Source: Mycobacterium tuberculosis H37Rv (GTDB lineage Bacteria; Actinomycetota; Actinomycetes; Mycobacteriales; Mycobacteriaceae). Taken from it: a stretch of DNA of 32,000 bases. Position numbers and translations under genes: made by a program. The DNA lies in the NCBI RefSeq assembly GCF_000195955.2, contig NC_000962.3, positions 2,400,001 to 2,432,000 of the forward strand, read 5' to 3'. Shown in pieces: positions 21,666 to 30,034 of the stretch; within the stretch, counting starts at the first letter, position 1, and the number at the start of each line of letters is the position of its first letter. The notes under the pieces are model-generated. The model ran no database searches and had not been told where the DNA came from. It was given only the letters and a program-made list of their open reading frames with translations.

Positions 21666-22278
21666 GATTCGACTCCCTCCTGGGTGGTGCCGACTCTGGC
21701 CAGGGCCGCGTCGATCGCCGTTCGCGCCCGCTCTCCGGCGCCGTCGTCGTCGAGCAGCAGCAGCGCCCAGTTGGCCTCCATCGCGTAGGCGTGCAGCTCG
21801 AACGCGAGTTGGCGCACTTCGATATCCGCCCGGATCTCGCCCCGGCGTTGCGCCGTTTCGACGTCGGCCGTGATGGCGGCGATTCCGGCCCGCCCGGTCG
21901 CGGCGATGCGGTCGCGCACCGGGCCAGGCTGTGAGTCCACGTCGGCGGCCGCGGCCGCGAAAAAGCAGCCGCCGGCACGTCGCGTTCCAGGTATCCGACC
22001 CACGCATGCATGAGGGCGCGCACCCGGTCCACCCCGGGCGGCGCTGCCATCGCGGGAGCCACGACCTCGGCTTCGAACACGCTCACGGCGGCCTCGACGG
22101 TCGCCAGCTGCAGCTGCTCCTTGGCGCCGAAATGCCGGAACAGGCCCGACTTGCTCATGCCCAGCCGCCCGGCAAGCTCGCCGATGGACAGCCCCGAGAG
22201 CCCCTTCACCGAGGCGATATCCATCGCGGCGCGCAGGATCTGCGCCCGGGTTTGGCGGCCGACGTCGGCGCTAGGCAT
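21643..22278 (-). pseudogene. N-terminal (HTH) fragment of the same TetR/AcrR regulator (Rv2160A-like). Sequence after about 21975 is out-of-frame read-through.
   Basis: From the ATG at 22278 the translation reads MPSADVGRQTRAQILRAAMDIASVKGLSGLSIGELAGRLGMSKSGLFRHFGAKEQLQ, a TetR HTH. After ...HAWVGYLERDV the frame degenerates into Pro/Arg/Ser-rich sequence, while the adjacent frame continues TetR-like. Confidence 0.8.
21662..22003 (-). pseudogene. C-terminal (ligand-domain) fragment of a frameshifted TetR/AcrR regulator (Rv2160c-like).
   Basis: This frame reads ...GGCFFAAAAADVDSQPGPVRDRIAA...AQRRGEIRADIEVRQLAFELHAYAME, which is typical TetR C-terminal sequence. It has no HTH domain of its own. 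Confidence 0.8.
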
Positions 22279-23137
22279 GGCTTTTGACCTCCCGGTCGTC
22301 TCCGGCGAACGCATCCACCAGCGGGGCCGACCGGTCCAGGGCGGCCAGCACCTGGTCGCGGCCCGCCGAGGGCAGCGCGAGCGCCACCTCCGCGACACCG
22401 GCCCGGCGGTACTCGTGCAGGGTCGCCGGGTCGCCGGCCGACGAGTACACACAGACCTGGGCGGTCGCCGGATCTCGCCCGGCACGCTCGAACGCGGCGT
22501 GCAGCATCGGCAACGCGCCCAGGAGCTCGCCGTACCCCTCGATCGGCTGCCAACCGTCGCCGTGGCGGGCGATCACCTCGAACGCCCGCGCACTGGGCCG
22601 GCACCCGAACAGCACCGGCGGCGCCACGGCCGGTTTCGGCCACGCCCACGACGGCGGCACCGACGCGTGCGTGCCCTCGTAGTGGACCGGCTCTGCGGCC
22701 CATAGCGCCCGCATGGCGGCGAGCTTGTCCACCGTCACCGCGATCCGGTCGGCGAACGGCACGCCGTGGTCGGCGAGCTCCTCCACGTTCCACCCGAAAC
22801 CCACCCCCAGCACGAACCGCTCGCCGGACATGGCGCACAGCGAGGCGATCTGTTTGGCCAGCAGGATCGGATCATGCACCGCCACCAGGCAGGCCCCGGT
22901 GCCCACGCGCAGCCGCGTCGTGACCGCCGCGGCGGCGGCCAGCGCCACCACCGGGTCATAGCAGCGGCGATACCAGTCCGGCAGCTCTCCACCGGGCCAC
23001 GGCGTGCTCCTGCTGATCGGCACGTGCGTCTTCTCCGGCACATACAGGCCCGCGAAGCCGCGCTCCTCGGCCCACACCGCGACCAACTGCGGGGGTGGGG
23101 TCAGGTCGGTGACGAACTGCATGAGCGAGACGAGCAT
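22271..23137 (-). CDS. Luciferase-like monooxygenase (LLM) family oxidoreductase, probably F420-dependent (Rv2161c-like), 288 aa.
   Basis: The translation resembles the LLM / F420-dependent TIGR03619-type family (VAVWAEERGFAGLYVPEKTHVP...LGVGFGWNVEELADHGVPFADR). An alternative ATG is at 23122. Confidence 0.82.
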   Translation of the reverse strand: MLVSLMQFVTDLTPPPQLVAVWAEERGFAGLYVPEKTHVPISRSTPWPGGELPDWYRRCYDPVVALAAAAAVTTRLRVGTGACLVAVHDPILLAKQIASLCAMSGERFVLGVGFGWNVEELADHGVPFADRIAVTVDKLAAMRALWAAEPVHYEGTHASVPPSWAWPKPAVAPPVLFGCRPSARAFEVIARHGDGWQPIEGYGELLGALPMLHAAFERAGRDPATAQVCVYSSAGDPATLHEYRRAGVAEVALALPSAGRDQVLAALDRSAPLVDAFAGDDREVKSHA

Positions 23138-23152
23138 CGGCGGCGGCTTTCA

Positions 23153-23176
23153 TTAAGCACGAACGTTCGTGTTTAA
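23153..23176. promoter_or_regulatory. Near-perfect 24-bp palindrome, a candidate TetR operator.
   Basis: ttaaGcacgaac|gttcgtgTttaa. The 14-bp core cacgaacgttcgtg is perfect and 11 of 12 arm pairs match. It lies 16-39 nt upstream of the ATG at 23137. A minus-strand TTGACA at 23204-23199 lies 22 nt upstream of the palindrome. Confidence 0.6.
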
Positions 23177-23239
23177 CGATGGTCCGCCTGGGGCGTGCTG
23201 TCAATGCCGGATTGCGTGACCGCTCGCTCGGGGCCCGGG

Positions 23240-24838
23240 TCAGCCGTCGGCGCCGTTTGCTCCAGGGGTGCCGAACAGCACACCACGGCTGCCGCCGGCA
23301 CCACCACTTCCGACGGGTATGCCGAAGCCGCCGGCCCCGCCGTTGCCGCCGTTGCCGATCACCACGGCGTTGCCGCCGTTGCCCCCGTTACCACCGTCGC
23401 CTTTAACGCCTGGGGGGCCGTCGCCGCCTTCCCCGCCGTTGCCGCCGCGCCCGCCGTCACCGATCAGCCTGGCGTTGCCGCCGGCGCCGCCGTCACCGGC
23501 ATTACCCGGCGTGGGAGCCTGTCCGCCGTTGCCGCCGTCCCCGCCGCCGCCGCCGCTGCCGATCAGCCCGCCGATCCCGCCGGCACCGCCGATGCCGCCG
23601 TCCCCGCCGCTGGTGCCGGCCGACGAGAAGCCGCCGTTGCCGCCGCGCCCGCCGACGCCGCCGTTGCCGTAGAACAGCCCGCCGTTGCCGCCGGCCGCGC
23701 CGGCGCCGCCGGACCCCGCATCGGCAAGGGTGGAGCTGTTGTCGTTGCCCCCGTTGCCGCCGGCACCGCCGTTGCCGCCGTTGCCGATCAGCCCGACGTG
23801 CCCACCGGCCCCACCGGCCCCACCGGCCCCACCGGCGCCGCCGGCCCCACCGCTGTTGCCGTGGCCACCGTTGCCGCCGTGCCCCCCGTCGCCGCCATTA
23901 CCGATCAGGGCGGCCCCGCCGGCACCACCCGCCCCACCGCTGGCGCCGGTGTTGCTGAGCCCGCCGTTACCGCCGTCACCGCCGGCGCCACCGTTGCCGA
24001 TCAGCCCGGCGGCGCCGCCGGCACCGCCGTTTCCGCCGTGCACCCCGGTCACCCCGTTGCTTCCGTTCCCACCAGCCCCGCCGGCCCCGCCGTCGCCGTA
24101 CAGCAGCCCGCCGCGCCCTCCGTCACCACCGGCGCCGCCGGCCCCCGGTGCCCCGGATGCGCTGCCGCCGGCCCCGCCGGCCCCGCCATGGCCCCACAGC
24201 CCGGCGGCCCCGCCGGCCCCGCCGGCGGGGCTGACGCCCCCGGCGGTGCCGAGCCCGGCCGCACCCCCGGGCCCCCCGTTGCCGTACAGCCATCCGCCAT
24301 TGCCGCCCGCACCTCCCGCTCCGGTGGCCGCACCCGCGCCTCCGGCCCCGCCGTTGCCGATCAGCCCCGCCGATCCGCCGTTGCCGCCGTTGGGATTGGC
24401 GGTGTCACCGGCCCCGCCGTTACCACCGTTGCCGTACAACAAGCCGCCGGGCCCACCGTTTTGCCCGGGACCCCCGTCGGCGCCGTTGCCGATCAACGGG
24501 CGCCCCAGCAACGTTTGGGTGGGCGCGTTGATCGCGTTGAGCAGGGTCTGCTGCACGTTGGCGGCCTCGGCGCTGGCATACGAGCCCGCGCCGGCGTTCA
24601 GGGCCCGCACGAACTGGTTGTGATACGCCGCCAGCTGAGCGCTCAACGTCTGATAGCCCTGGGCGTGCGACCCGAACAACGCCGAGATCGCCACCGACAC
24701 CTCGTCGGCGCCGGCCGCCAGGATTCCCATCGTGGGGCCTGCCGCCGCCGCACTGGCGGCGCTGATCGACGACCCGATGTTCGCCAAATCCGTGGCGGCC
24801 GCTGCCATCACCTCCGGCGCCGCAATCACAAACGACAT
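23240..24838 (-). CDS. PE_PGRS38: PE_PGRS family protein (PE_PGRS38-like), 532 aa.
   Basis: The N-terminal PE domain ([36 protein letters not shown]...) is followed by GGAGGxG/GGNGG repeats. GGAGG lies 6 nt upstream of the ATG. Confidence 0.95.
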   Translation of the reverse strand: MSFVIAAPEVMAAAATDLANIGSSISAASAAAAGPTMGILAAGADEVSVAISALFGSHAQGYQTLSAQLAAYHNQFVRALNAGAGSYASAEAANVQQTLLNAINAPTQTLLGRPLIGNGADGGPGQNGGPGGLLYGNGGNGGAGDTANPNGGNGGSAGLIGNGGAGGAGAATGAGGAGGNGGWLYGNGGPGGAAGLGTAGGVSPAGGAGGAAGLWGHGGAGGAGGSASGAPGAGGAGGDGGRGGLLYGDGGAGGAGGNGSNGVTGVHGGNGGAGGAAGLIGNGGAGGDGGNGGLSNTGASGGAGGAGGAALIGNGGDGGHGGNGGHGNSGGAGGAGGAGGAGGAGGHVGLIGNGGNGGAGGNGGNDNSSTLADAGSGGAGAAGGNGGLFYGNGGVGGRGGNGGFSSAGTSGGDGGIGGAGGIGGLIGSGGGGGDGGNGGQAPTPGNAGDGGAGGNARLIGDGGRGGNGGEGGDGPPGVKGDGGNGGNGGNAVVIGNGGNGGAGGFGIPVGSGGAGGSRGVLFGTPGANGADG

Positions 24839-25024
24839 CCCGCACCTCCGACCAGCTCAGCACAACTTCACGAATCCCAGACCTGCGACACCGTCGGCAG
24901 GGCTTTCGATCCTATAACAATCTGAAAACAGGATGTCGCACTTTCCTTAAAAGAGCTTCCGCCAACCCGATCGTCAGCGCGCACATGTTGCGCAAAAGTT
25001 GTTGGAGCCGAAACGAACCGGCGC

Positions 25025-25040
25025 GCGCCGTTACCGGCGC
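25025..25040 (-). terminator. Candidate GC-rich hairpin just downstream of pbpB.
   Basis: The minus strand reads gcgccg-gtaa-cggcgc (6-bp stem, tetraloop). It starts 7 nt after the TAG stop, overlaps a 12-bp perfect palindrome cggcgcgcgccg (25019-25030) and is followed within about 10 nt by ttcgtttcgg. Confidence 0.35.
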
Positions 25041-25047
25041 CGCCGCC

Positions 25048-27087
25048 CTAGGTGGCCTGCAAGACCAAAGGAGGCCCGGGATCGGGTGACAGCGGGACGT
25101 TTTCGCGCTGCATCAGCCAGCCCGCGATGTTGTGGAACAGCGGGGCGGCCGAGTGCCCAGGCGCGCCGTCGGAGTTGCGCGCCGGGTTGTCCAACATGAT
25201 GCCGATCACGTAGCGGGGATTGTCGGCAGTGGCGATTCCGGCGAAGGTGATCCAATACACGTCGTCGAAGTAGCAGCCGCAGCCAGGGTTGATCTGCTGC
25301 GCGGTACCGGTCTTGCCGGCCATCTGATAGCCGGGCACCCCGGCCGTCGGCCCGGTACCCTGCTGGTAGCCCATCGGATCGCGTTGCACCACGGCACGCA
25401 GCATCTGGCGCACGGTCTGGGCGGTCTGCGCCGACACCACGCGAATGTCGTCGGGGCGCGGTTCTTCGGTTCGGCTGCCGTCGGGTGCGACGGTGGCCTT
25501 GATAATGCGTGGGGGTACCCGCACTCCATCGTTGGCGATGGCCTGGTACATGCCGGTCATCTGCAGCAAAGTCATCGAAAGACCTTGGCCAATAGGAAGA
25601 TTAGCGAACGTACTGCCCGACCACTGGTCGATTGGCGGCACCAGTCCGGCGCTCTCACCGGGCAGGCCCACGCCGGTGCGCTGTCCCAACCCGAACTTGC
25701 GGAGCATATCGTAATAGCGTTCCGGTCCGACACGTTGGGAAAGCATCAGCGTGCCGACGTTGGAGGACTTTCCGAACACCCCCGTGGTGGTATAGGGCAT
25801 CACGCCGTGCTCCCAAGCGTCATGCACGGTAACACCGCCCATCTGGATCGAGCCAGGCACCTGTAGCACCTCGTCGGGGCTGCTCAACCCGTGCTCGATG
25901 ACCGCGGACGCGGCGACGATCTTGTTCACCGAGCCCGGCTCGAAGGGCGACGACACCGCCGGGTTGCCCAACTGCTTGTCGCCCTGGCGCCCGATGTCTT
26001 GCGACGGGTCGAAGGTGTTGTCGTTGGCCATCGCGAGCACCTCGCCGGTCTTGGCGTCCAGGACGACGGCCGAGACGTTGTGAGCCCCCGATAGGTTCTT
26101 GGCCTGCTGCACCTGCTGCTGCACGTAGAACTGGATGTCGTTGTCGAGGGTGAGCACGACGGTGGAACCGTGGACCGCCTTGTGCCGATTCCGGTAGCTG
26201 CCGGGGATGACGACGCCGTCTGACCCACGGTCGTAGGTGACCGATCCGTCGGTTCCGGCCAGCACCGCATCCAGGGAGTCCTCCAGACCCAGCAGCCCAT
26301 GACCATCCCAGTCGATGCCACCGACGACGTTTGCCGCCAGCGACCCACCCGGGTACTGACGCAGATCCTGTCTTTCCGCACCGACCTCGGGATACTTCGC
26401 GCAGATCGCGCTGGCGACAGCCGGGTCGACCGCACGCGCCAAGTAGACGAAGGTCTCGTCGCTTTGCAGCTTCTTCAGCACGGCCGCGGCATCTGGCTTG
26501 TTGTTCAGCTTGCCGGCGACCTCCTGGGCGATATCGCGCAGGCGCTGCTGCGGGTCGGGTGCAGCCGACGTCTTCTTCCTGGCCTCTTCCAATTGCCGCC
26601 GAATCCGCTTCGGCTGGAACGTCAGGGCACGCGCCTCGATGGTGAACGCGAGCCGGTCATTGTTGCGGTCGACGATGCTGCCGCGAGCCGCTGGCTGGAC
26701 GTCGGTGACCTTGAGTTGGCCGGCCGCCTGCGCACGCAGGCCCGCGGCATGTGATACCTGCAGAAAGAACAATTGTGTTGCCGCGACCAACATCAACACC
26801 AAGATGACCGCGTTTCCGGTCCGATGCCGAAAGACGAACGACGCACCGCGCGTCCCGACGTCCACCACCTGCCGGGTGCGCCTCGCACGAGTCGAGCGAC
26901 CCGCGGGTGCGACGTCTGACCGTGTCGCAGGGCGGGATTTCGTGGCTTCCTGGGCTTGCCGGGCTTTCTGCGTTTTGCCGGGCCGTTTGCGTTGCCCAAC
27001 CTCCTGGGCTCCCGGTGGCCGGCGCAAACCGCGCGCCGGTCGCGTCGACTGCGACTGACTGGCCCGCCTGGGGGCGGCGCGGCTCAC
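25048..27087 (-). CDS. pbpB: Class B penicillin-binding protein PbpB / FtsI, 679 aa.
   Basis: Transpeptidase motifs SVNK (SxxK), SSN (SxN) and KTGT (KTG). It has a basic N-terminal tail and one TM segment. The start overlaps the upstream stop by 4 nt. Confidence 0.96.
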   Translation of the reverse strand: MSRAAPRRASQSQSTRPARGLRRPPGAQEVGQRKRPGKTQKARQAQEATKSRPATRSDVAPAGRSTRARRTRQVVDVGTRGASFVFRHRTGNAVILVLMLVAATQLFFLQVSHAAGLRAQAAGQLKVTDVQPAARGSIVDRNNDRLAFTIEARALTFQPKRIRRQLEEARKKTSAAPDPQQRLRDIAQEVAGKLNNKPDAAAVLKKLQSDETFVYLARAVDPAVASAICAKYPEVGAERQDLRQYPGGSLAANVVGGIDWDGHGLLGLEDSLDAVLAGTDGSVTYDRGSDGVVIPGSYRNRHKAVHGSTVVLTLDNDIQFYVQQQVQQAKNLSGAHNVSAVVLDAKTGEVLAMANDNTFDPSQDIGRQGDKQLGNPAVSSPFEPGSVNKIVAASAVIEHGLSSPDEVLQVPGSIQMGGVTVHDAWEHGVMPYTTTGVFGKSSNVGTLMLSQRVGPERYYDMLRKFGLGQRTGVGLPGESAGLVPPIDQWSGSTFANLPIGQGLSMTLLQMTGMYQAIANDGVRVPPRIIKATVAPDGSRTEEPRPDDIRVVSAQTAQTVRQMLRAVVQRDPMGYQQGTGPTAGVPGYQMAGKTGTAQQINPGCGCYFDDVYWITFAGIATADNPRYVIGIMLDNPARNSDGAPGHSAAPLFHNIAGWLMQRENVPLSPDPGPPLVLQAT

Positions 27088-28238
27088 CTGGGAGCCCCCG
27101 GCGCCGTTGGCACCGGCGCCGTGACGGGACCGAACTGTTCGCCGTTGGCCGGCACTGGAGCGGGTGGTGCCACCATGGGTTGCGACCCACCCGACAGCCC
27201 GGGCGTCGCAGCCACCGGTGCTGGTCCAGGGAGCCCGGCCGGGGGCGCCGCACCCACCTGGAGCGGCACCGGATTTTCCGCTGGTGCCGGGGATGGCACT
27301 GCGCCGAGCGGAGGAGCCGGCATCGGACCCGGCGCCCCAGGTATCGGCACCGGACCGGGCAGCTGCGGGCCGGCCTGGGTGGGCAGGTGGGTTGCGCCGC
27401 CCAGCGTCGCTGTGCCGTCTGGGGTACGCACCAGCACCTCCGGGCCAGACCGGGCGGGCGGAGCGGGATCATCGGGGCCTGGTGTCACCCGGACCGGCAC
27501 CTCGAGGGGCACCGCCGCGGGTTTCGGGGGCGGCGGCGGATCTTCGGGCAACTTCGTGTTCAGCGGCGGCGGTGGAACTCCGTCAGCCGGCTTGGGTGTA
27601 CCGACCACCACCCAATTGCCGTCCGGATCCTGAACCAGGTGGGCGGTATCCCTCGTCGGGATCATGCCCTGGCGACGAGCCGCCTCGGCCAGCGCCGGCG
27701 CCGACGCAGCCTCGCGTACGTCGCGTTCCAGCGCTTCCTTGTGCTGCTGCAGCATCCGGGTCCGCTCCCGGGCGTTGCTCAGCTGGTAGGACCTCTCGGC
27801 GGCATCGGTGGACAACCACAGTGTGAGGCCTAGTCCGACGCCGAGCGAACCGATAACCAGCACCACAAACGGAACCTTGTTTGCCAACGTGCGCGGCCGC
27901 AGGTCGATCGACGTGAGCCGGGCGGCGAGACGCTCCATCGGCGTAGGACGGACCAGCTTGGGCGCCTTGGCTTTTCGGGCCTTGGCCCGCGCCTTGGCCT
28001 GGCTGGTGTTCTTTGCGGGGGCCGGCCGGTCGAACGGGCTGAGCATCGGGCTGGTTTGCGGTCCAGGGCGCGACACCCGGGCCTGCCGGCCGGGTGCCGA
28101 GGTCTTGCCGGCACGGCTCCGGATGCGGCGCGACGGCGCCGAGTTCGTAGTCGTTCGCCTCGTCGCCGCGGCAGGACTGTCGGCTCTCCTGCGACGATCG
28201 CTGCTGCGGCTTTTCGGTGCCTCACGCTTGGCCCTCAT
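27084..28238 (-). CDS. Proline-rich membrane protein in the FtsL position (Rv2164c-like), 384 aa.
   Basis: It lies between rsmH and ftsI. It has a roughly 120-aa basic tail, one TM segment ([21 protein letters not shown]), a coiled-coil-like [30 protein letters not shown], and then a Pro-rich C-terminus. Confidence 0.85.
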   Translation of the reverse strand: MRAKREAPKSRSSDRRRRADSPAAATRRTTTNSAPSRRIRSRAGKTSAPGRQARVSRPGPQTSPMLSPFDRPAPAKNTSQAKARAKARKAKAPKLVRPTPMERLAARLTSIDLRPRTLANKVPFVVLVIGSLGVGLGLTLWLSTDAAERSYQLSNARERTRMLQQHKEALERDVREAASAPALAEAARRQGMIPTRDTAHLVQDPDGNWVVVGTPKPADGVPPPPLNTKLPEDPPPPPKPAAVPLEVPVRVTPGPDDPAPPARSGPEVLVRTPDGTATLGGATHLPTQAGPQLPGPVPIPGAPGPMPAPPLGAVPSPAPAENPVPLQVGAAPPAGLPGPAPVAATPGLSGGSQPMVAPPAPVPANGEQFGPVTAPVPTAPGAPR

Positions 28239-29425
28239 GAATCACCCTTCTCGGTTGCCCATTGCTGCGATTGCGCCCGGTGCTCGACTCGTTGCAGGGC
28301 CCGCAACCGCACTGGAGTACTGCGGGGATTGCGTTCGATCTCAGCCACACTCGCTCGTTCGGCGCCGTGCGTTAACGAACGGAATCGCGGCTCATGGCCG
28401 GGAAGTTCGACCGGAAGTCCCGCAGGGGTGGCCGACGCGACTGCCTCGGCGAACACCCGTTTGACGATCCTGTCCTCTAGCGACTGGTAGGCCAGCACCG
28501 CGATGCGCCCACCGATAGCGAGGGCATCCAGCGCGGCAGGAACGGCCGTGCGCAGCGATTCCAGCTCATCGTTGACCGCGATGCGCAGCGCCTGGAATGT
28601 TCGCTTGGCTGGATGCCCGCCGACACGCCGGGCCGGAGCTGGAATCGCCTGGTACAGCAGGGCAACCAGTTCGGCGGTCGAGGTGAACGGGGTTTTTGCG
28701 CGTCGGCGGACGATACCGGCAGCGATGCGCCGAGCAAACCGCTCCTCTCCGTAGCGACGCAGGATGTCGGCTAGTGCCGCCTCGTCGTAAGTGTTGACAA
28801 TGTCAGCTGCGGTCAACGGCGTCGTCGGGTCCATCCGCATGTCCAATGGCGCGTCCGTGGCGTAGGCGAAGCCCCGCTCGGCGCGGTCGAGCTGCATGGA
28901 TGAGACGCCGAGATCGAACAGGATTCCGTCGACTGATCCCACTGCGGCATAACCGGATTCAGCCAGCGCTGCGCCCAGACAGTCATAGCGGGTGTGCACC
29001 AGGGTAAGTCGGTCAGCGAATCGCACCAGCCGAGACCGCGCGACGTCCAGAGCGGTTGGGTCACGGTCGAGCCCGATCAGGCGCAGACCCGGCAATCCCT
29101 CCAAAAACCGCTCCGCATGCCCGCCCGCGCCGATGGTCGCGTCGAGAAGGACCGCCTGCGAGCCGTCTGGATAGTAGCGGGTTAGTGCGGGGGTAAGCAG
29201 TTCGAAGCAACGTTGCGCCAATACCGGCACATGACCGAAACCGGTTGGCCCCGAACCTGGATCAGCCACCGTGATACCTCCCCAGGTCTGGCAAGCCGTA
29301 CTTCGGGACGCGGCTATTCCAGGCGCCGCCCCTGCACCGAGGTCCCTGTCCGAAGACACGAACCTGGCGTTGGGGAAGTACGCCAGGGTCGCTTCGGGCA
29401 GAGACCACGGTGCACGGGTTTGCAC
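28235..29425 (-). CDS. rsmH: 16S rRNA m4C1402 methyltransferase RsmH (MraW). The real start is probably the GTG at 29269.
   Basis: SAM motif DATIGAGGH and the conserved GHVPVL near the N-terminus. The GTG at 29425 gives the 396-aa form. The GTG at 29269 is preceded by GGGGAGG at a 7-nt spacing. Confidence 0.92.
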   Translation of the reverse strand: MQTRAPWSLPEATLAYFPNARFVSSDRDLGAGAAPGIAASRSTACQTWGGITVADPGSGPTGFGHVPVLAQRCFELLTPALTRYYPDGSQAVLLDATIGAGGHAERFLEGLPGLRLIGLDRDPTALDVARSRLVRFADRLTLVHTRYDCLGAALAESGYAAVGSVDGILFDLGVSSMQLDRAERGFAYATDAPLDMRMDPTTPLTAADIVNTYDEAALADILRRYGEERFARRIAAGIVRRRAKTPFTSTAELVALLYQAIPAPARRVGGHPAKRTFQALRIAVNDELESLRTAVPAALDALAIGGRIAVLAYQSLEDRIVKRVFAEAVASATPAGLPVELPGHEPRFRSLTHGAERASVAEIERNPRSTPVRLRALQRVEHRAQSQQWATEKGDS

Positions 29426-29426
29426 C

Positions 29427-29858
29427 TCAGAAGATGTCACCGAGTGCTTCATCGCTGGCCGCGGAGAAGTTCTCTTCATGGATTTGTTGGTAGTTCTGCC
29501 AGGCTTGCGCATCCCAGATCTCGAGATAGTCGACCGCGCCGATCACCACACAGTCCTTGGAAAGGCTTGCGTAGCGGCGGTGGTCGGCCGACAAGGTGAT
29601 CCGGCCTTGACTGTCGGGATGCTGTTCGTCGGTACCGGCGGCGAGATTACGTAGGAACGCTCTCGCCTCGGGGTTGCTTCGTGGCGCCTTGCTGGCCCGG
29701 CGCGCCAGCTGCTCGAACGCCGCCCGCGGGTAAACGGCCAGGCTGTGATCTTGGCTCTTGGTGACCATCAACCCCCCTGCCAACGCGTCGCGAAACTTGG
29801 CCGGCAGCGTCAGCCGCCCCTTGTCGTCGAGTTTGGGCGTGTAGGTGCCGAGAAACAT
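29427..29858 (-). CDS. mraZ: Transcriptional regulator MraZ, 143 aa.
   Basis: [23 protein letters not shown] and DSQGRITL are the duplicated DxxxR SpoVT/AbrB-type motifs. GGGAGG lies 6 nt upstream of the ATG at 29858. The track's longer ORF is not credible. Confidence 0.96.
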   Translation of the reverse strand: MFLGTYTPKLDDKGRLTLPAKFRDALAGGLMVTKSQDHSLAVYPRAAFEQLARRASKAPRSNPEARAFLRNLAAGTDEQHPDSQGRITLSADHRRYASLSKDCVVIGAVDYLEIWDAQAWQNYQQIHEENFSAASDEALGDIF

Positions 29859-29900
29859 GGGGCACCTCCCTGCCAAATCCATCTCACCCAAACACCTCAG

Positions 29901-29941
29901 CCACCATACCCCACAATCCCCCACTTTGCCCCATAACTGGG
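29901..29941 (-). promoter_or_regulatory. Proximal cluster of four 10-bp-phased (G)TGGGG direct repeats (MraZ-box-like), overlapping a TATGGT -10-like hexamer.
   Basis: The minus strand reads aTGGGGcaaaGTGGGGgattGTGGGGtatgGTGGctgagg. The box A/T positions are at 29933, 29923, 29913 and 29903, an exact 10-bp phase. TATGGT (29908-29903) fits TANNNT. The cluster lies 43-83 nt upstream of the mraZ ATG. Confidence 0.6.
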
Positions 29942-30034
29942 GTATCAAAGCGGCGTTTTGCCGTCTCTGTACCACTGAAGCGCGCGGCTAGCCCGGCTAC
30001 GACCTCAGAAAACCGCATGTCGCCGGGCAAATGG

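Noticed and set aside
23270-24480. Highly repetitive short-period DNA that could look like a repeat array or CRISPR.
   Set aside because: The period is 9-15 nt and codon-phased (Gly-Gly-Ala/Asn). There are no unique spacers of 25-40 nt and no cas genes. It is the PGRS coding repeat. The 58-bp VNTR at 1781-1928 is directly tandem, also without spacers.
23195-24925. A 576-aa Ala/Pro/Gly-rich ORF and a 312-aa [11 protein letters not shown] (23685..24623) on the plus strand.
   Set aside because: These are mirror-image reading frames of the PE_PGRS GGxGGx repeat array. They have no start context and no N-terminal domain. The minus-strand PE domain with its SD explains the locus.
25019-25030. A perfect 12-bp palindrome, cggcgcgcgccg.
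   Set aside because: Pure alternating G/C palindromes of this size are expected by chance in this composition. It overlaps the candidate pbpB terminator hairpin and needs no separate explanation.
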